Positions 13,996 through 30,812 of a stretch of DNA of 64,000 nucleotides are shown piece after piece (within the stretch, counting starts at the first letter, position 1; each line of letters starts with the position of its first letter). Position numbers and translations under genes: made by a program. Source of the DNA: Eledone cirrhosa (Eukaryota); assembly GCA_964016885.1 (NCBI GenBank), contig OZ024742.1:66588001-66652000 (forward strand), written 5' to 3'. The notes under the pieces were generated by a model. It searched no databases. It had not been told where the DNA came from and was given only the letters and a program-made list of their open reading frames with translations.

Positions 13996-14490
13996 CTAGC
14001 TGGGGTACCCGGTAATACCCGGGAGCGAGGTTATTCCCAGTTCCCCTTTAAAATGCCGAATGCCTCCCAGAACAAAAATAAAATCAAAATATAGGACAGA
14101 TAATCAAAAGCGAAGACAAATTCATTTACGAATCAATAATACAAACAAATATCGTTGATTGCTCTGGGCAGCCAAAAAAATGTTTATCAGAGAAGTTGAG
14201 TGCTGCTATAAGGAAAAAAATAGAACCCCCATTAGGGGGTTTCATTGCTGAAACGTTGTGAATAGGCATCATATCTTTTCATTTAACTAAGGTTTAAATT
14301 TCATATAAATCGAAGGGAAAAAATGAAGTAGGGTTTGAACCCCCAGTGAACCCTTTGATAAGAATGAAATATACGTAATAAATCAAATGGGCATGACCCC
14401 CACACGCGTGTCAAGTTTCATCAAGATCTGTTTGGTAGTTTTTCAGTTTTAGGTTCACAAACAAACAGACATAAATTGCCATTTATATAT
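13996..14490 (-). mobile_element. Non-autonomous Helitron-like element
   Basis: Minus-strand 3' end has hairpin CCCGG-gtatta-CCGGG then CTAG|T; 5' region has TA-rich start and (GTTT/GTCT)n. Confidence 0.7.
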
Positions 14491-14502
14491 GTATATATAT
14501 AT

Positions 14503-14535
<33 letters not shown>

Positions 14536-14596
14536 AATATATACACACACACACATATATATATATATACACACACACATATATATATATATATAC

Positions 14597-14715
<119 letters not shown>

Positions 14716-14770
14716 GATAAGGAAAGGAACTCGAAAGTGCAACTGGCGTCTTTTAAAGAATATCTATGTT

Positions 14771-14810
14771 TCCTTTACTGGTTTCACAGTTCTTATGCTT
14801 TTCAAAAGTA
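14771..14810 (-). ncRNA. HHR motif, U3-A8 core variant
   Basis: cuu UUGAAAA gca-uaagaac-ugu GAAA CCAG UA aag. Confidence 0.65.
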
Positions 14811-15067
14811 GAATTGAGATGGAGGGTTTGTGGTTTTTCTCGCATCTGGTTCGTGTTCGAATGTTATTTATATTTTATGTGGAAAGATTGGCTCGAATTG
14901 CTGGGTTTTTAAAAAGATAATTTGTTCGGTTGACGACTGTCACGTGAATAGGTATAATAAATTTCGCGCCTGTTCGCGTTACAAAGTTCTTATTTTATTT
15001 GCCTTTAAAAATGTGGTTCAAATTGTTGTTTCTTTTTTATAAAAAAAACAACAATTTGGGCTAATTT

Positions 15068-15133
15068 GAAGTTACGTTCCCGATGCAATCCAAATTGTCA
15101 TTTCAATTTGGATTGCCTCGGGAACGTAACCTT
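15068..15133. repeat. Hairpin with ~29-bp arms
   Basis: GTTACGTTCCCGA.GCAATCCAAATTG ... CAATTTGGATTGC.TCGGGAACGTAAC. Confidence 0.8.
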
Positions 15134-15710
15134 ATTATGTAAGAAGCTCACTTATGAAATCATGGCACTGGGAACTGTCGTCATTGAAATATGTATCACA
15201 GCCTTACCGATACAGGTCTTTAACATATGAAACTACTTCACATTTTCTTATTCTATTTATATATATACATATACGTGTGTGTGTGTTTGTGTCCGTGTAT
15301 TTTCATGTCCCCGCCCCCTTTCTCATTTTCATACACCAATCGCTTCTTCTTTCATTGCTAACAGTTCAAACATGTTTCTTTTTACGTTTCCTACGTTTCA
15401 TTTATCGTTTACCCTCTCTATCCTTAAATTTCAAATTTGTGTCAGCTATGGATTTCAGCTTAAAATGTCTCGATTGTTCTTAAAAGGGCTACTATTATCT
15501 GGAAACAGGACAGTGAAATCTACTTCAATAGATAAATGTAATGTTTCAACAAAAAAGGAAGAGAAATATATATGCTCACTTCATTACACCAGCCACTATC
15601 ATTGATTGAACTCTGCTTTCTTTTGTCATACGATTCCCCAATGGATATTAAATAGAGTTTTATATGTTTACAGTCAATATATATCATATACAGTCAGTAT
15701 ATATCATAGA

Positions 15711-15900
15711 GCGGTGGTAGATTGGCAGTATCGGTAGAGAGTCAGACGCCATGCTTTCCAGCATAGTTACGTCCCTTTACGGTCTGAGTTCAAATCCCGC
15801 CGAGGTTTACTTTGCCTTTCATCCTTACAGGGTCGATAAAATAAAGTACCAGTAATGCACTGAGTAATTTCTGGCCTTGTGCCTAAAGTAGAAACAATAT
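15711..15900 (+). mobile_element. SINE family 1, full length
   Basis: A/B boxes, central domain and tail as in the 2210 copy. Confidence 0.9.
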
Positions 15901-16052
15901 ATATCATATATGGGGACACGTTAACAAAATATTTTTCTCTGCTTTCTTAATGACGTTTATTTCGAAATATTTCATTTGTTGGTTATTAGTCCACATGGAT
16001 CCCATCTATTCCACTTCAAATCAACTATTGTCCATTTATATTAGCAGTGTGT

Positions 16053-16101
<49 letters not shown>

Positions 16102-17354
16102 AATGACAATGATGCGAGGGATCAGGGTGAGAAAAAAACTGGTTAACGTCAGAAAAATTATGCGAGCTGTGACAATATATTTTGAATGTTTGTTTAACTC
16201 CTACTAAACTCCTTTTCTGCATATTTTCATTTTCCCAACATTAATATCACAATTACCCTCTTTCATGATCACTTTTTCTGCGAAATCTTACTTGAAAGAA
16301 ATAATTGCAGTAATTCAAGGATTTCAAGCACTTGTCTCATCATGCGAACAGAAATTGATTAAACAATGATATTGTTTATCTATATGCTTTTGCATAAAAC
16401 AACTGGCATAGACAACTGCATGAATTTCTTACTTGTGAAAAATAGACAGGTCCTATTTTATAAGTCACCCACAATGTGTGCCAAAATATGGTATTACTTT
16501 CATAGCAAACATTACGAGCACTCTATCTCAAAATTATTTTTGAAAAGCATCTGTTAGACACGCAGTGACTAACAACATAATGTTTTAAGTCTGCATGTCT
16601 GTGATGACATATATGCGTAGCTTGTGAATAAAAAATTCAAGGGGTTTCGCTGGCCGTGGTGATCACTGCCAAACATCTTTTGTAATGTATCGTCTTATTG
16701 GCTAATTTCATCATCTTATTGGCTAATCAACCAATAAGAGTAATTGTTGCTCAAAAGCATCCGCCACTTTGTTTGCACGTTTATTTATCGTTTCGCTTTC
16801 GAATCTTCCTCCTGTATTTCGTCGTTTATCATCAAACTATTTTTTTCGTTTTGGTAAGTTATATTGTTAATTTATATATGATTTTTCAAATTTATATTAA
16901 CTATTTATTTTTCAGTTCGTTATAACATGCTTATAATATTGGTTGCATCATATTTACTTGTATATTTGTCCATATTATTGTTAATTTTATGTTAGAATAT
17001 GTTATTATTATTATATTAGATTAATTTTTTATTATTATGTTAGACTATTTGTATGTAATATTTAATTTTTATTAATTCAACTATAAGAATTATTATGCAA
17101 AATATATTTATTTAATATTTGTTTCTACTTTTGGCACAAGGCCAGCAAATATCCAGTTCATTACTGGTACTTTATTTAATTTTTTGTAGTTGTTTATATT
17201 AAAAGTCTGAAAATATTTTTTATACATCTTACAATAATATTTATAAGATTATTTATAAAATAACAATTATAAAATCTAAATCACGATAATTTATTATTAA
17301 TATATATCATGTTTAACTAGAGTTATTACAAGCGTTGCCTTAAAAAAATATTAA

Positions 17355-17802
17355 ACTAGACCTGAAAAATGCGCAAGCTCAAAAGAGCCACAGAATGTTA
17401 TAATAAACCTTCAAAAGTGTGGGACTAGAGTTGTTGCTAAAAAATATTGTAATCATTATCTATCGTACACTCTGTGGCATCCTTTTATAAAAAAGAGACT
17501 CATAACGAACTCAAGACGACACGATAATTATTTAAGTGAATTTGTAATAAAGAATTCGGTTTAAGTGCATTTCGTATTAATCATTACTAAACATCTAATA
17601 TGAGATATTGAACATTAGCTTAAATAATTAGCGTGTCGTCTTGAATTCGTTATGAGTCTCTTTTTTTTATAAAAGGATGCCACAGAGGGTACGATAGATA
17701 ATGATTACAATATTTTTTAGCAACAACTCTAGTCCCACACTTTTGAAGGTTTATTATAACATTCTGTGGCTCTTTTGAGCTTGCGCATTTTTCAGGTCTA
17801 GT
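17355..17802. mobile_element. Foldback/MITE-like element with ~180-bp terminal inverted repeats
   Basis: ACTAGACCTGAAAAATGCGC... and ...GCGCATTTTTCAGGTCTAGT; near-perfect arms around an ~80-bp spacer. Confidence 0.8.
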
Positions 17803-18002
17803 AAGAAATGCGCAACCGGTAGAAACTTAAAACTAAAACTGAATACTAACTAATACTTATTACTAATATATACTTATTCCTAATTAAACTATTTTTCAAT
17901 GGGAAAAATATGTCAGCATTTTCTTTTCCTTTTTACTAATATATCACAACTCGTGTGTCACACCTCTAATTTTTTAAAAATATATATATATATATATATA
18001 TA

Positions 18003-18210
18003 TCAACATTTCCAGATTATTTTAGCAAAATAACACATTTTGAAAAAGGGCTGGAACGTTTGGTCCCACCCAATATATATATATATATGAGTGTGAGGTT
18101 ATGTGTGTTTGTGTGTGTGTAATATCGTTATCCATCCTTACTACAACAGAAAGGAAATTCGTTCCACCCAATATATATATACATATATATATATATATTC
18201 GTCCCACCCA

Positions 18211-18213
<3 letters not shown>
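18003..18213 (-). mobile_element. Mariner terminal fragments
   Basis: 18003-18074 is the reverse complement of the left end at 21713-21784; CCACCCAATA ends repeated three times. Confidence 0.6.
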
Positions 18214-18285
<72 letters not shown>

Positions 18286-18292
18286 TGTGAGG

Positions 18293-18365
<73 letters not shown>

Positions 18366-18632
18366 GGTTATCCATCCTTACTACTACAGAAAGGAAATTC
18401 GTTCCAATTTAACGATTATCAGATCCACTTTGTTCAATAAACTACATGCAACACAACTAAAAACTGCATCCATCACTCCAGGTTGAACAAAGGCACAATG
18501 AGTTTGGCGTGTAGAATGTTCGAAAATTGACGTGCGCAAACGTCCACAAATTTAGCAATTGTTAGGAAATAATAGTAAATATGTTGCAATTCTTCATTAA
18601 CTCAATAACAAGAAACCACTCCCTTTCAAAAT

Positions 18633-20388
<1,756 letters not shown>

Positions 20389-20427
20389 CACAGATACCCT
20401 CACACTCATATATATATATATATATAT

Positions 20428-20569
20428 ATAACGAAGGAAATGTGGTAAGGAACCAGGTGGACCATAACGCACCAAAGTACTCAATACTTGAGGTAGTAGA
20501 GTGGGTAATAGGAACCAGTAAGACCCCGACAGCTGAGCTCAAGCCGTTTCGACGGCTAATTCTGGACTA
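20428..20569 (-). mobile_element. Short (TA)n-associated repeat carrying the 3' half of an HHR
   Basis: Minus strand ...tagccgtc GAAA CGGC-ttgagctca-GCTG TC ggggtc; other copies at about 44697, 46592, 51511, 54097. Confidence 0.7.
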
Positions 20570-21649
20570 AATGAAAATTTATCCTGGTATTTAAATAGCC
20601 GATCTTCTCAAGGGGTAATTCCATATATGGTCAAAGTGATTGTCAAAAATCAGTAGTAATTCTGTGGTTGCAAATTAGTAGGGGAGATGGTGGCTAAACC
20701 TGCCAGTAGGAGAAAGAGGGGAGGGGGTGGAGTAGACCCAATCAAGCGTTGGTAGTGCCAGCTACAGCTGGACATGAGGTCAAAGAAGATACAGGGGAGG
20801 GGGAGGAAGTCGGAACGGTAGGTAGAACAATGGGGGGTAGAAATATATAGGACAGAAAAAATACTGAGAGTGAAGAAAAGCAAATAAGTGTAAAGAAAAA
20901 AGTAAAGTAAATTAAATTCTACGACCTAGGTCTCAGGCTATTGTTAGGCTAGAGTAAAATAAAGAAAGAAAGAAAGAAGTAAAGAAAGAAAGAAATAAAG
21001 AAATAACGAAATAAGTAAAAGAACTAGGTGGGACGTAATAGGCAAGGACCCTTTTAAGAGGTATAAGTACGTAAATGATACGGTGACGGGTCAACAAAAG
21101 GAGCCAAAATACTAAAGAGACTACCACGAAATAAACAATAAAGGTTTCCATCCCGAGCCAGCAACGACCCAGTGCAGCAAAGTGAACTTGTACGAGATAA
21201 TAATTCTGAGTCCCGAGAAAAATATATACTAATGCTAACTCTAAAAGATCTAAAACAAGCTACATGAAAGTTCGTACGAAATAAAGGTAGAATACGGAGA
21301 AATAAATTCAGAATCCACCCCGCCCAGAAGAAAAGCGAGGCAAGAAATACTGAGACGAAAAAATAAGGCATAAGTGCCACTAAGAAATATAGAGGGCACA
21401 GAGAATAGTGGGAGCGGTCGGAAAAAGGGGGCAAGTATCCGGGGTCTAAGCCAACTGCTATAAAGGGCGGAGTCCGCCAAATCTATCATAGACTAGGGGA
21501 GGGGGTGGTGGGGGTACTAAGGCTACATGGGGCCAAAGGGCAGCCTCGGGTGGGCGAGAAAAGACGCCGACAAAGGAGAAGAGCTGTGGTAGAAGGACAA
21601 AGGAGAGAGGGGGGAAGGAAATAAAGGAAGCGATAAAAGAATACAAAGA

Positions 21650-22597
<948 letters not shown>

Positions 22598-22720
22598 ATA
22601 TATGTATATAAGTATTAAGTTGTTAAACAATATTCGATGATTATTTCAAAGAATGAGTTTTACAGTAGATTGGAAGCAATACCTTGATTATATCTTAACC
22701 ATTTAACATCTCATGTATCA

Positions 22721-22781
22721 TTATATTTTGTCTGATGAGGACGTACTGTTGTACATCCGAAATATGTATAATAAAATGTAA
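22721..22781 (+). ncRNA. Type I hammerhead ribozyme motif
   Basis: uuauauuuugu CUGAUGA gga-c-guac-uguu-guac-a-ucc GAAA UAUGUA UA auaaaauguaa; 11-bp helix I. Confidence 0.8.
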
Positions 22782-22817
22782 TTGATCAAAAGAACATCTA
22801 TTTTATTAATAGTTATA

Positions 22818-22858
<41 letters not shown>

Positions 22859-23133
22859 CGGCGATGAATTAGTTTTGCGAGGTTTTTTATATATGAAATC
22901 GTGTGTCGAAACAAATATTGTTATACTTGGGGAGGGTCATATTTGTGTAATATTGACAGAATTAATAACAGAACACACTCACTGTTTTGTTCGTTTTCGC
23001 TTTTCGCTTCTGTGTCTTTTATATCGGTAATCTAATATAATATAATATACTCGGTACTCAATGTTGCCATTGACTGACCGACGGTCAAAAATAATACAGA
23101 TACAATATAGACACAAACACATATATATAGTTT

Positions 23134-23175
23134 ATCATAATTCTTTCGTTGCACATCTGTAACATCGTCAGTGGT
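23134..23175 (-). ncRNA. HHR motif, left arm of palindrome
   Basis: acca CUGACGA u-guuaca-gaug-ugcaac GAAA GAAU UA ugau. Confidence 0.6.
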
Positions 23176-23911
23176 TCTATTGTTTCCTCCTGTTGAATTG
23201 TATGGCTACGCCATTTTTATTCAGTCTGTCTATATATTTATTTATTTATTTGCTTGTTTGTTTATTTTATTTTGTCTTCTTTGCGCATGCGTTTGAGCGT
23301 GTGTATAGTGTTTTGTTTGATGTCTGATGTGTGTTCGTGATTGGGTGACTAATGTGTGTTTACGTGTTTGCTGTCATTGTGCTTGTGTATGTATTTATTT
23401 ATTTATTTATTTATTTTATTTACTTATTCATATTTTATTTACTTATTTATACTTCTCTTAGGTCAGTGTTGTTTGTTTGGGTGTTGTTATTCCATTCATT
23501 CTTTCTGTTTAGTCTTGGTCTTCTAATTTCTATTTCACTGACCTCTCTGATTTGCCTATCTGCTGGGTCATTTCTATGTTTAGATATTATTCTAATTTCT
23601 ATGTTGTCTATGTTACCGTCATGTTGTTGTCTGGCATGTTCGTATAGTACTGAACCGTTTTTCGTCCTTTTAAGTAAATAAAATAAAATAAATAAATAAA
23701 TAAATAAATACATACACAAGCACAATGACAGCAAATAGTCACCCAATCACGAACACACATCACACATCAAACAAAACACTATACACACACGCAAACGCAT
23801 GCGCAAAGAAGACAAAATAAAATAAACAAACAAGCAAATAAATAAATAAATATATAGACAGACTGAATAAAAATGGCGTAGCCATACAATTCAACAGGAG
23901 GAAACAATAGA

Positions 23912-23953
23912 ACCACTGACGATGTTGCAGATGTGCAACGAAAGATTTATGAT
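23912..23953 (+). ncRNA. HHR motif, right arm of palindrome
   Basis: acca CUGACGA u-guugca-gaug-ugcaac GAAA GAUU UA ugau. Confidence 0.7.
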
Positions 23954-24136
23954 AAACTATATATATGTGTTTCTGTCTATATTGTATCTGTATTATTTTT
24001 GACCGTCGGTCAGTCAATGGCAACATTGAGGACCGAGTAAATTAGGTTACCGATATAAAAGACACAGAAGCGAAAAGCGAAAACCAACCAAACAGTGAGT
24101 GTGTTCTGTTATTAATTCTGGCAATATTACACAAAT

Positions 24137-24236
24137 CCCGCCGAGGTTGACTTTGCCTTTCATCCTTCGGGGTCGATAAAATAAAGTACCAGTAATACGC
24201 TGGGTTATTGCTGGCCTTGTGCCTAAAGTAGAAATA
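24137..24236 (+). mobile_element. 5'-truncated SINE family 1 inserted into the PLE arm
   Basis: 14-bp TSD AATATTACACAAAT at 24123-24136 and 24237-24250; absent from the opposite arm. Confidence 0.9.
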
Positions 24237-24268
24237 AATATTACACAAATATGACCCTCCCCAAGTAT

Positions 24269-24392
<124 letters not shown>

Positions 24393-26134
24393 GCGTGTGC
24401 GCGTGTGTGTGTGTATATGTGAGTGTATGCCCTTGTGTTTGCTTATTTATATATTTCTTCCTAGAAACTGTCGTAGCCTATGCCAGGGTTCTTTTCTGTT
24501 CCGCATTCTACCGGTTCGGCATACTGAGTTCGAATATATAATTACTTAACTTAACAGGAAGTATGCATTTCAATATTACCCACTGAACACTTGAAAGCTC
24601 TGCATCGTCTCAAATCAATAACTCTTACTGGTAAAATAATAATAGAATAAAAGATTAAACCTATCTATTTTCCCTAGAAAAATAAATCAATGGAGGAGGT
24701 ACAAAGTATGCCAAAGGAGGTGGTGGGGGTACGCTGTGTTGATTTACAATGAAAGATTAGTTGTCACGGGAAAACTCTGAAAATGTGTTTTCACAGTTTC
24801 ATCGTGTCATCCAATTTTTTATGACTGCGTGTAAACATTTATTTGAAAATTTTGATCAGGAGTGAAATAAATATTTGTATACATCATCACCATCAACAAC
24901 AATAGCATTGAGCATTATCAGTAACTGTGAAACCAGTAGCTCAACAATCATCATTGCTATTATGATCTCCAACATTGCCATCATTAACGTAATCATTGAC
25001 GGTACTCAATCACCTTCGGAAAATCTAAGTGGTCAAGGGAACTGCCAGAAATTGCACTTAAATCTACTTGGGCTTATATATGTAAAACATGTCGGAAAAT
25101 TGGATGGTTTAATTAGGGAAAGGATACGATGATCAGAATTTGGAACCTTGTAAATCAGATCTGAGGCTAAACACCCGGTATAAACAGTACTACTATGGAC
25201 AAACGTGACCAATTTTAAAGAAAGCTTATTAATAATACCTTCGCTACACAACATACTATAAATATGATTTAAACCATCAATTCCCAATTATCAACATTAC
25301 TTTGCCAGCGATATCACTTTTACCACAGAAGTTACAACCTCGAAATCCCAAAATATCATTAACATACTAGAGAGCAGACACTCCCAGTAAAATAAACATT
25401 ACTACTTTTACTACCTCCACAAACTACGCAATATTCACCACCACAAATCTACGTAATACCATGGTTCTTAATGCTCGTCTGTCTGTGCTGTCACTATCAT
25501 TAAACCTACTGGTACATCACACTTCAAAACCCACCTCTCCTACCACCATATCTCTCTTTATCCACTACCCCCACCAAAAGACCTACTCCTTAACAACAAC
25601 CACCGCTACCATTTCCACTGCCATATCACAACCCTTCGCTGCATCCGCATCACAAACAGTCCTAGCTATGATAAAAAACAATTATACTAAAACAAAGTCA
25701 GCATTTTAATTAACAACAAGGAAATCAATGTTATTTAATGCTTTCACAACATAAAACATGATCAGTTAACGCACACACAACACACACATATATGGAAACA
25801 TGCAGACAGAGATGGATGATTACATACATGTGCACACACAGAAATGCGAACACAGACACAACAGTCCGTTTTTCGTTTTCTTTTTTTTCTTTTGTAATAT
25901 GCTAACATTATGCTAAACATTAGTCAAGTTCTTTTGTTCACTTGCTTCCGTTCTTTTTTCTTTTAAAGATATAATTTATGAGGTTTGAGCTGATGGAGCA
26001 GTCTATCTTCAATACAACTGGCAAACTGGTTGAAACATAAAGGGGTGCCTGGTAATGCATTAGAAACACGCATAAAACTAAATGATAATAATGATGATGA
26101 TGATGATGATGATGGTGATGATGAAAATGAAAAT

Positions 26135-26320
26135 AATTGTTTCTACTTTAGGCACAAGGCCAGCAATTACCTAGTGCATTACTGGTACTTTATTTTATCG
26201 ACCCCGTAAGGATGAAAGGCAAAGTCAACCTCGGCGGGATTTGAACTCAGATCGTAAAGGGACGTAACTATGCTGGAAAGCATGGCGTCCGACCCTCTAC
26301 CGATACTGCCAATCTACCAT
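26135..26320 (-). mobile_element. SINE family 1
   Basis: Full-length reverse copy; TSD-like ATGAAAATAAT. Confidence 0.9.
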
Positions 26321-26339
26321 GAAAATAATAATTATTGAT

Positions 26340-27990
26340 TATTTTTTAATTGAAGGGCCAAATCATGTAAGAGGGTACAAATGACAAGGGCAGTGGGGAT
26401 TAATAAGAAGATAAAAAATCAAACCGTATAAATAAATACAACAGATAACAATAAACAATATAATTATAACAATAAAAATTCTTAATGCGGGGATGTACCA
26501 TAATGGGCAGGTAGCTCCAGGCAATATTCCGGATGCGAGGTTCCTAGTCTTGTTCTCTTGTTGAATGACAGCATGTCATTCAAAGAGACGAGCTACGAAA
26601 AGACCTGTCTGACAAACAGTGATCACTTCTGCTCGCCGTTTATCATATCCGGAGGTGCCGTAGCATCCGTGCAGTTTGTACATCTACAGACATGGCTAGG
26701 CTCAGCTATCCGGATAGAGGGTGCTAGCAGCCTCACCAATGAAACCTATCCCTTCAACAAGCAGCAGCTAACTGAAATCCCGGTCTCGCTCATGGCAGTT
26801 ACATACATATCTAGTTACCTGTGGGCTTGCAGCAAGAGATCCTTCTTCCAGGAAGTCCCCAGGCCACGAACATTTATACCTCATACTCATATAATAGCCA
26901 TATTGGCTGGTTGAGATCGGGTATTTCAACCTCCATGTTTGGTGAGGTTTCTTTTGGGAATCCCTTTAAAAGTTCCCTTGTTGGTCTAGCGTTAGTAGTA
27001 CCCACGTCAGTTGGACGCTCTCCGTATTGGCCTTGTAGGCACCCTGTAGTATCTGTACCATCATGAGCTTTTCTTGCACTTTTAAATGTGCTGGTGCCAA
27101 AAGTCACTCACCCCTTCTCGATCTCTTTATTTCTTGCTCAGAGGGCCATCACATCTTTGTAGGCTCTTCTTATTAGCACGATGTGTACTGTTAGATGTTT
27201 TTGGTTATGGTGTCCGTGTGGGTTGTGTTGCAAAATAAGGTAGTGCTGGAGGTGATGAACTTTTTGATATGTTCGTGTTGGTGTGGCTGTTCCTTCTGGC
27301 CTGGCTTTTGTTGTTTGACATGGCGTGTTGTGTGATATTTTTTTGTGAAAACATTTTCTCTAGTTTCTTTTTTTTTTTGTGTTTCCTCTTATCCAAGTGA
27401 AGGAGAAGTGATTGTTGATGTGTCTGGTAAGGGTGGCAGTATATTTGTGGCTGTATGTGTGTTGAGATCAGGTCAAGAGAGAGGGGGATGTAGAGTTACA
27501 ACTGCGGGATGGAATCTTTTAATTTTTGCTGGTGGGAATTTTTTTGTTGTGGATTTTGATGTTGCTGTTCATTACTGTTGTTGTCCCCACACTAGTGTTG
27601 GCAACAACGGAGATTTGGATCCCTCTGCATTTTCCGCTGGTGACAGAAGTCGCATTGGTGTAACCTCCTAACACATTCCCTACCAGTCTTCTTTTCGTGT
27701 TTTTTTCCCGGGGTTGGGAGTGGGGTATTTCTATCCTACACAGCAGTGCATCCCAGGAACCGTGGATCCCGGGTATGCGGACCTTCATGGTACTTCTACC
27801 CATGTAGGATGAGTACATGATATTGTGTCCGGTTTACATAAGACTAGCGAGTGCTTTATAACAAGAGCCTCTATTTTGAACAGGAACAAGATGCGGTCGA
27901 ACTATTTTGACACGTGCTATGTGTTTAATATCTAGCCTGATCCATATCTGTGCTGCTGCCACTTGTGATTGCGGGACCTGTACGGCTTTT
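26340..27990 (-). mobile_element. Decayed, internally deleted L1/Tx1-like LINE
   Basis: 3' UTR resembles those at 59316 and 60898; ORF1-like remnants (KVRIPGI...) similar to 58200-58400. Confidence 0.45.
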
Positions 27991-28361
27991 CGGGTTTCAC
28001 TGAAATTCATCTCCCCGTTGCTACCAAAACTTCGACTTAATTTATTTTTAGCGCACATGTAATGAATATTAATACCATTCAAATATCATTAATGCAAAAT
28101 TAATTCAGATCTTTTTTACTCCTTAATGATTCTTTTTTAACTTTTCCAGCTCCTACAATTTTATAATTTGTCATTTTCTAAAACTTATTTACCTATCAAC
28201 TTCTCCGTTGTAACTTGTCAAATGAAATGTGGGGACGGAACAAAATAGGAAAATAAACGAGCTATCGAAAACTATCAAAACCAAGGAGGCCTGCCCGAAA
28301 TATTTGGTTGTTACTCGGTGGTCATTGGACATAACGCGAAATCGAAGAAAAATAAATTAAT

Positions 28362-28572
28362 CATTTCTACTACTGACACAAGGCCAACAATGTTTTAGGA
28401 AGGGAAAGTTGATTAAGTTGACTTCAGTGCGTTACTGGTGCCTTATTTTATCGACACCGATGACAAAGGTAACATCAGCGGATTTTGAACTCAGAACGTA
28501 ATGAACAGTAACTATGCTGTAACATGCCGCAAAGCATGTTGTCCGACGCTCTACCGATATTTCCAATTCAAC
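28362..28572 (-). mobile_element. SINE family 1 (older variant)
   Basis: B-box, central domain and tail on the minus strand. Confidence 0.75.
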
Positions 28573-29260
28573 ACTACCTTCTATACTTTACAACACCGTT
28601 GGGACTATTCATAGTGATATAAAGAACCCGTATGAAAAGCAACCCAAATATCAGTTTCCTCTAGGTTTCATCTTCAGCCAAAGAGGAACCCCATGAATTG
28701 GAGATCGTGATAGCTACTAATGTTAAGTGTCTTCGACAGCCTGTACAACAGACTGGTGGAAGAGGAAATTGTCTATCTGGATTATGCTTACTTATGGTTC
28801 ATAAGTGTTTTCGTGAATGAATGCTGTGTATGATCGTGTATGAAAGTGTTGTGAATATGTCTCCTCGTGAATTGCGTGCGTGTTCATATATGAATATGGT
28901 GTGAATATTTATTAATCATAGCAAATCTGGTTGCAATTCCAAGCAAAAGATAGGCGATATAGTTACTCGGTTGATAGCAAGGGTTCTTTAGTAAACGAAA
29001 CAAATGTGCGTGCGCTATACACTGCCCTACGAGTGTTGGCTGAAAGGTATGAAGGATGAGTATGAAGGAGTGATGCTAGAGCTGTGAAATCATGCATATA
29101 TTAATTACAACTCTTAATTAATCACTGCAATATTTCTTTCTATTGAAAAATAATTCTTATTTGGTCATTCCACGAGAATATCTTGGTAACCCTTTGAACT
29201 ATTTAGACCACCCTCGTGCGTTCATAGTGATTACAAAATACATGAGGCTTAATCATGAAT

Positions 29261-29343
<83 letters not shown>

Positions 29344-29552
29344 GACTATCCTTTCTTTCTATCTATCTCTGTTTATATACATCCGTAATCTGTATATATC
29401 ATTTATATATCATTTATACAGATGTATAAATGATATATAAAAGAACAAAAACAAATATATTCTATTTTTCAAAGTTTAAAATACACACGCTACTACATTA
29501 CTAGATATCTACTCACATATATAACTACCTAGATACCTACCTACCTACACAC

Positions 29553-29791
29553 ATACATACATACATGGTGGCTGCCAATTCGTTTTCGAGTAAGGCCACT
29601 ACTTTATATCCATGTAGGAGAACCCCTACCGATGCGCTGAACAAGTGTGATTTTTAGTCCAGCCAGCAACTTGAAAACTCTGGTACAAACACTACACTTG
29701 TGACAATTATTGACACATAGTTCTGGGCCCATGGTACCATGTGATGACAAGTGCAGAGAGATCTCCAGATATAAAGCAATGCATACATACA

Positions 29792-29835
<44 letters not shown>

Positions 29836-30132
29836 TGATGGCTGCCCCCTCGTTATCGAGTATGACCATTGCACGATATACCATTATTAATAATTATTAA
29901 TTAATTCTATCGTGCAATGCCTGTGCGTGAAGATATTGTTTTAAGTGAGGAAAGACTGTGCACTGAGCCAATACCACTCTCTGAGCGACAGTAGCTATAA
30001 CCCAAAAAGAAGAAAAGATGAACATCATCGGTAACTACTGTGCCGCAGGTTTTATATCGCAATTATCCCAGTTTCCTGAGTTGCCTTCTCCTAGAAGAAT
30101 GCCCTGACAAAGGCTAGAGGTCCTTCATTCCC
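29553..30132 (-). mobile_element. Two fragments related to the 634-bp (CATA)n-linked element
   Basis: CATACATGGTGGCTGCC start matches 33183 and 33817; CCTTCTCCTAGAA..CCTGACAAAGGCTA motif near 30084-30116. Confidence 0.7.
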
Positions 30133-30208
30133 AGTGGTTTAACCGCGCGATCGGGTGTCCATCCCGACTCTTTCTATGTCCCCGCGCATATACATACACA
30201 TGCATACA

Positions 30209-30309
<101 letters not shown>

Positions 30310-30517
30310 ATATTTGGGGAGGGTCATATTTGCGTAATATTGCCAGAATTAATAACAGAACACACTCACTGTTTGGTTGGTTTTCGCTTCTCGCTGTCTT
30401 TTATATATATATATCTGCGATCTAACTTAGTCGGTCCTCAGTGTTGCCATTGACTGACCGGCGGTCAAAAATAAAATAATACAGATACAATATAGACAAA
30501 CACATATATATATAGTT

Positions 30518-30559
30518 TACATAAATCTTTCGTTGCACATCTGCAACATCGTCAGTGGT
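30518..30559 (-). ncRNA. HHR motif in 3' pLTR
   Basis: cacca CUGACGA u-guugca-gaug-ugcaac GAAA GAUU UA ug. Confidence 0.7.
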
Positions 30560-30812
30560 GTTATATTCATTGTTCCTCCTGTTGTGTTGTATGTCTACGC
30601 CATTTTTTTTTGTTCAGTCCGTCTATATATTTATTTATTTGTTTGCTTGTTTGTTTATCTTATTTTATTTTGTCTTCTTTGCGCATGCGTTTGCGTGTGT
30701 GATGTGTGACTAGTGTGTATAGTGTTGTGTCTGCTGGGTGACTAGTGTGTGTTTATGTGCTTGTGTATGTATTTATTTATCTTATTTTATTTAATTTAAT
30801 TTACTTATTTAT

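Noticed and set aside
28645-28680. Minus-strand CTGAAGATGAAA
   Set aside because: No helix II and no UH triplet
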